A stretch of DNA of 10,767 bases from Promethearchaeota archaeon (GTDB lineage: Archaea; Asgardarchaeota; Lokiarchaeia; Sigyniarchaeales; SOKP01), in the NCBI GenBank assembly GCA_019058015.1, contig JAHLWH010000062.1:1-10767 (forward strand), in the 5' to 3' direction. The notes under the pieces were generated by a model. It was not told the DNA's origin and did not search any database. It saw only the letters and a program-made list of their open reading frames with translations. The translations under genes and the position numbers were made by a program. Within the stretch, counting starts at the first letter, position 1; the number at the start of each line of letters is the position of its first letter. Shown here one piece after another: positions 6,717-10,767 of this stretch.

Positions 6717-7697
6717 GTGGGATTTATTTCTGGATTAAAAGAATTATTTAAGAAAGGTATTTTTGCTTTTATCTTATTATCGTTTATTCTAGCTTGGTTT
6801 TTAATCTTATTCGGAATAACTTTCATTCCTTCCGCAAATTTTCACATTTTTGCAGGATGGTTTATTGCCATTTTAATTGGATTTAATATTGTTTTATTTT
6901 TCTTTTCGTTTTTTAAATCTGTTGATAAAATGGGAACAGCTCTAATAGTAATTGCATTTATAATTTCATTACCCTTATTAATTATTTTTGCTGAAATCGT
7001 TGGATTATTTTTTATATTTTGCTTCTTCGCCAATCTTATTTTAACATCATTTTTCTACTTTAAAGTTTCAATAGACTCCGCTACAAAAGTAGATGATTAT
7101 TTATATAAAAAGAAAGGCTCCAGAAAAGTAACACGAACACTAGAATTTTTAATTTTTGGAATTCTTGATTTATGGTTATTAATACGCACAGCTATTTTTT
7201 TTGGGAGTATAAACCCAGCAAGCTTTATCATATTCCAAATTATTTTCTATGTTAATTTAATATTAATAGGATTTGTAATATTACGACTTTTATTTACAAA
7301 AAAATTCGCTGCATATATCACCTTATTTTTTCTATTATCGTTATTTTATGTTATCTATATAGCTATTGATATATTTGCTGAGATAATTTTTACCGGTCTT
7401 GGAACTTATAATTGGATTTCGTTCTTCATTGATTTAATTCTATTTTTATATATTATTGGGGCGATTTACGACAGAGTTGATTACTTAAAAGAAAAACTCA
7501 TAATATTTAGAGCAGATACGATTGCTTTATTCGTTATAATAATTAAGCTCCTAGTACAAATTAATGAATTATTGAATTTAGGGGCTCCACCAGATGTCAC
7601 TGAAGAATTGATGGTGCTATTTGTATTCATTGCCTTTAATTTGCTAATTGGAATTTATTCGATTTTTGCTCATAAAGAGGGAAAAACTGGAAAATAG
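6717..7697 (+). CDS. Multi-pass integral membrane protein (about 9-10 hydrophobic segments), function unknown
   Basis: Long I/L/F-rich stretches separated by short Lys-rich loops. The GTG at 6717 is preceded by the RBS-like AGGTTGA; the ORF track starts at the TTG at 6708. Confidence 0.8.
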   Translation: MGFISGLKELFKKGIFAFILLSFILAWFLILFGITFIPSANFHIFAGWFIAILIGFNIVLFFFSFFKSVDKMGTALIVIAFIISLPLLIIFAEIVGLFFIFCFFANLILTSFFYFKVSIDSATKVDDYLYKKKGSRKVTRTLEFLIFGILDLWLLIRTAIFFGSINPASFIIFQIIFYVNLILIGFVILRLLFTKKFAAYITLFFLLSLFYVIYIAIDIFAEIIFTGLGTYNWISFFIDLILFLYIIGAIYDRVDYLKEKLIIFRADTIALFVIIIKLLVQINELLNLGAPPDVTEELMVLFVFIAFNLLIGIYSIFAHKEGKTGK

Positions 7698-7766
7698 GTC
7701 ATTTTATTAATTCACTATTTTTTCTCATATTTAATATTTAAATTCTCGGTAGATCACAAAGCTTAT

Positions 7767-8273
7767 ATGGATGATAGAATTGATGATCTTTACAATAAAC
7801 TTGGGCAATTATTTGTAGCAGTGGAAAAAATAACTGATAATGTTGCGTTAATAAAAAATAATCTTGATACGATTTCTAAGACTAAGGGATCATTTGGTTT
7901 AAAAGCGATTGCAAAATCAAGCCTTCTAAAAGATTTTGAACCTATTGAAGGTATAGGGACTGGAACTAAAAGATATAAATTATTTTTCAGATTTATTAAG
8001 GATGAGTGGAAATCAACTGTAAATGATTTTTTGATTGGAGTGAAACAACAAGATCGATCCTCTAATTATGATTTAAAAGCATTGGGTATAAGAATTCATA
8101 TTAATGATACACGAAAATTACGACAATTAGCTAAAAAAGTTCTTTCACTCCTTCACATCTCGTGTGAGATAAATAATATTGATAGTACAGGTATTTTACG
8201 TGAAATTATACAAGAAATTAATGTAAAAAGTGATGTAATGGTAAAAGATCTTAGAGAGAAAATTCGACATTAA
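7767..8273 (+). CDS. Hypothetical protein, 168 aa; N-terminal coiled-coil-like helix followed by an alpha/beta domain
   Basis: ATG-initiated ORF with TTTAAA about 25-30 nt upstream. Heptad-like IDDLYNKLGQLFVAVEKITDNVALIKNNL. No family was recognised with confidence. Confidence 0.75.
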   Translation: MDDRIDDLYNKLGQLFVAVEKITDNVALIKNNLDTISKTKGSFGLKAIAKSSLLKDFEPIEGIGTGTKRYKLFFRFIKDEWKSTVNDFLIGVKQQDRSSNYDLKALGIRIHINDTRKLRQLAKKVLSLLHISCEINNIDSTGILREIIQEINVKSDVMVKDLREKIRH

Positions 8274-8412
8274 AAGCAATAATCGAAGTTAGAAATTAAA
8301 ATTTTAAATTCTATTCTGAATTTAATAAAAGCTTATATTGTTAATTAAAAAAGGTAAGAAATCTATAAATTAACAAGAATTATTCGAATATTATCAGTGA
8401 GAATAAGTTATT

Positions 8413-9336
8413 ATGAAAGAAAATACGATACTACAGAATTTTTATAAAACCTTAGAAGTTAAAGGCTATAGAGGACAAATAATTTCTGCAAAACACATTC
8501 CAGACTTGCGGAACGATATTCGAAAGTATCATGAGCAGAATCTTATTTATCCAGAGTTATATAAAGAATATAAAGCGTATTTTGAGTTTGAGCCGGATGT
8601 GGATTTCGCTCAGATAAATTCTCTTTTCGTTATCGCGGTTCCCGTACCTCAATTTAAGGTTTCTTTCCATTGGAATAAAAAGGAGATTTCTTTACTTATT
8701 CCCCCTACATATTTACATGGTCTTGAGATAATTAATAAAGTGAAGGAACTTCTAACCGAGATATTAAAGCCAGATGGATATAATATCGCATATGCCACCC
8801 TTCCTCAAAAAACATTAGCCGTACGTAGTGGATTAGCCGAATATGGGAGAAATAATATTACTTATGTGCTGGGAATGGGCAGTTTTCATCGCTTAACAGC
8901 GTTTTATTCGGACTTTCTTGTTGAGCAAGATAATTGGCAAGAACTACGAATCATGGACATGTGTAAGGAGTGTTCTGCCTGTGTTCGAAAGTGTCCCACA
9001 GGAGCAATCCCAACGGATCGCTTTCTATTACGTGTTGAGCGGTGTCTTACATATCATAATGAACAACCGGGAGATATTTCCTTTCCAGATTGGATTGATC
9101 CTACATGGCATAATTGTTTAGTTGGTTGCCTTCATTGTCAGAAAGTATGTCCTGCAAATAAAAAGGTTATAAATTGGACCGAACCTGGACCAACATTCAG
9201 TGAAGAGGAGACAAAATTGATCTTAAGTGGAAAAAATATAGATCAGCTGTCCGAAGAGACGAAAAAGAAAATAGAGGAGCATGATTTGCTTGACTATTTT
9301 GAGGTCATTCCAAGAAATTTAGGTGTTTGGTTATAA
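8413..9336 (+). CDS. QueG/reductive-dehalogenase-superfamily 2x[4Fe-4S], probably cobalamin-binding, oxidoreductase
   Basis: PQKTLAVRSGLAEYGRNN...GMGSFHRL matches the cobalamin-binding-region pattern. Fe-S motifs CKECSACVRKCPTGAI, ERCLT and GCLHCQKVCPAN. Confidence 0.85.
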   Translation: MKENTILQNFYKTLEVKGYRGQIISAKHIPDLRNDIRKYHEQNLIYPELYKEYKAYFEFEPDVDFAQINSLFVIAVPVPQFKVSFHWNKKEISLLIPPTYLHGLEIINKVKELLTEILKPDGYNIAYATLPQKTLAVRSGLAEYGRNNITYVLGMGSFHRLTAFYSDFLVEQDNWQELRIMDMCKECSACVRKCPTGAIPTDRFLLRVERCLTYHNEQPGDISFPDWIDPTWHNCLVGCLHCQKVCPANKKVINWTEPGPTFSEEETKLILSGKNIDQLSEETKKKIEEHDLLDYFEVIPRNLGVWL

Positions 9337-9346
9337 GAAAATTCCT

Positions 9347-9505
9347 ATGAAAAAATTAATACAACGTTTGCTATACTTAATTGACGATATGTTTGATAAT
9401 TTGAAAGAAGAATCGATTAAGGAGTTGAAATATAACTCTAACACCTTGTTGAATCACTTTTGTATTTTTATCATAAAGAGAGATTTTTTAAATATATTAA
9501 GTTAA
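9347..9505 (+). CDS. Possible small 52-aa hypothetical protein or gene remnant
   Basis: ATG 10 nt after the stop of the Fe-S gene, with an amphipathic-looking N-terminus (MKKLIQRLLYLIDDMFDNL). No motif; it may be spurious. Confidence 0.2.
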   Translation: MKKLIQRLLYLIDDMFDNLKEESIKELKYNSNTLLNHFCIFIIKRDFLNILS

Positions 9506-9562
9506 TTTAAAGTGATAAACCATAAAAAATGAAATTTTTACAATATTATAGAGTTGAAAATA

Positions 9563-10351
9563 ATGAGCTATGAAGATATAATTTATGAAAAAAAAGAGGG
9601 TGTTGCTCGCATAACTATCAATCGGCCTCAGCGTTATAACGCGTGCACACAGCACACCGTTCATGAATTGATCGACGCTTTCAATCGGTGCATGGACAAT
9701 GAAATTGGCGTTGTGGTATTCACCGGTGCTGGGGACAGGGCGGTTGGTACCGGTGGGGATCAAACGACCCGCGAGAAGGGCGGCTACAAGGGAGAGTATA
9801 TGTTGCCGTTAGAAGTAGGCTGGCAACGCGTGACGCTTCTGATCCGTACCTTGCCCAAGCCAGTCATCGCTCGAGTGAATGGGTACGCGATCGGGGGAGG
9901 TCATGTATGGCACGTTAATTGTGATCTCAGCATTGCAGCAGAGCATGCGCAGCTTGGGCAAGCAGGTCCTCGCGTAGGTTCTTTTGATCCAGGGTATGGA
10001 ACTGGTGACTTAATGCGTGCCGTAGGCATGAAACGTGCTAAAGAAATTTGGTTTCTGTGTCGTCGATATACTGCACAACAAGCATTAGAAATGGGACTTG
10101 TGAATGCTGTTGTACCGTATGAAAAATTGGACGAGGAAGTGGATAAATGGTGTCAAGAACTGTTAGAAAAGAGCCCAACGGCGCTGAAAATGCTGAAATA
10201 TGCTTTCTTGGCCGAAACTGATGGAGTAACAGGTATCACACAGTTAGGAGTTGGGGGACTAGGTCTTTACTATGGCACTGAGGAGGCTGTGGAAGGAAAG
10301 AATGCATTTTTAGAAAAACGCAAACCTGATTTTAATAAATTCAGAAAATAG
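9563..10351 (+). CDS. Crotonase-superfamily enzyme of the MenB (DHNA-CoA synthase)/BadI (2-ketocyclohexanecarboxyl-CoA hydrolase) clade
   Basis: ITINRP, TGGDQ, GGY, PKPVIARVNGYAIGGGHV, GQAGPRVGSFDPGYG, EIWFLCRRY, KSPTAL and LYYGTEEAVEG..AFLEKRKPDF. The ATG at 9563 (MSYEDIIYE) is the probable start. The symbol is withheld because menB and badI cannot be distinguished here. Confidence 0.88.
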   Translation: MSYEDIIYEKKEGVARITINRPQRYNACTQHTVHELIDAFNRCMDNEIGVVVFTGAGDRAVGTGGDQTTREKGGYKGEYMLPLEVGWQRVTLLIRTLPKPVIARVNGYAIGGGHVWHVNCDLSIAAEHAQLGQAGPRVGSFDPGYGTGDLMRAVGMKRAKEIWFLCRRYTAQQALEMGLVNAVVPYEKLDEEVDKWCQELLEKSPTALKMLKYAFLAETDGVTGITQLGVGGLGLYYGTEEAVEGKNAFLEKRKPDFNKFRK

Positions 10352-10358
10352 TGAGGGT

Positions 10359-10767
10359 ATGGATATTAAAAAAATTTGTATAATTGGAGCAGGTATTATG
10401 GGTCATGGGATTGCTCAATTAGTTGCAACTCATGGGTATGATGTAAACCTTGTAGATGTAAATGATGAAGTTTTAAATAAAGCCAAAGCCTCTATTGAAA
10501 AGAGTCTTAACAGATTTTTTGTAGCAAAAAATAAGATTACTGCTGAAGAGGCTGATAAAATTCTAGATAGGATTAGTTTAAATGTTAATAGGGATGATGC
10601 AGTTAAAGACGTACAAATGGTAATTGAGGCTGTGTTTGAAGATATGACTTTAAAGCAGCAATTATTCTCTGAGCTGGATGCTATATGCGATAAAGATGTA
10701 ATTCTTGCGTCTAATACCTCTTCATTAAGTATAACAGATATTGCCTTAAAATCTAAAAATCAAGAAA
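10359..10767 (+). CDS. 3-hydroxyacyl-CoA dehydrogenase (Hbd/PaaH/FadB-type), 5' part, truncated by the window
   Basis: Own translation, absent from the ORF track: MDIKKICIIGAGIMGHGIAQ...VIEAVFEDMTLKQQLF...ILASNTSSLSIT. It has the Rossmann GxGxxG, EAVxE and SNTSS signatures. GAGGGT lies immediately upstream, and the ATG is 7 nt after the crotonase stop. Confidence 0.95.
   Translation, partial: MDIKKICIIGAGIMGHGIAQLVATHGYDVNLVDVNDEVLNKAKASIEKSLNRFFVAKNKITAEEADKILDRISLNVNRDDAVKDVQMVIEAVFEDMTLKQQLFSELDAICDKDVILASNTSSLSITDIALKSKNQE

Noticed and set aside
6842-7033. 63-aa minus-strand ORF
   Set aside because: Antisense to the membrane-protein gene, with no motif.
8918-9121. 67-aa alternative-frame ORF
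   Set aside because: Nested within the Fe-S-motif region of a well-supported gene.
9497-9763. 88-aa minus-strand ORF
   Set aside because: Antisense to the conserved crotonase N-terminus.
10349-10361. Stop-codon readthrough (TAG TGA) fusing the crotonase and the dehydrogenase
   Set aside because: There are two tandem stops, the downstream gene is in a different frame, and it has its own RBS-like GAGGGT and ATG.

Overview
AT-rich prokaryotic window, most likely archaeal and probably Asgard/Lokiarchaeia. This is inferred from TATA-box promoters about 25-30 nt before ATGs, GAGG/AGGT-type RBSs and the style of the giant hypothetical protein. The left part is a very low-GC, minus-strand run of four genes: RimJ/RimL-like GNAT acetyltransferase, ThiF/MoeB/MccB-family adenylyltransferase, a 1179-aa protein with apparent tandem Lrp/AsnC-like wHTH+RAM modules, and a beta-class N6/N4 DNA methyltransferase with no restriction partner in view. 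The right part, on the plus strand, encodes a multi-pass membrane protein, a 168-aa hypothetical protein, a QueG/reductive-dehalogenase-like 2x[4Fe-4S] protein, a GC-rich MenB/BadI-type crotonase, and the 5' part of a 3-hydroxyacyl-CoA dehydrogenase. The best candidate for an undescribed system is the GNAT-ThiF-giant multi-Lrp locus, possibly a peptide-adenylation/acetylation module with a large sensor-regulator. No precursor peptide was found. No RNA genes, CRISPR arrays or transposases were seen.
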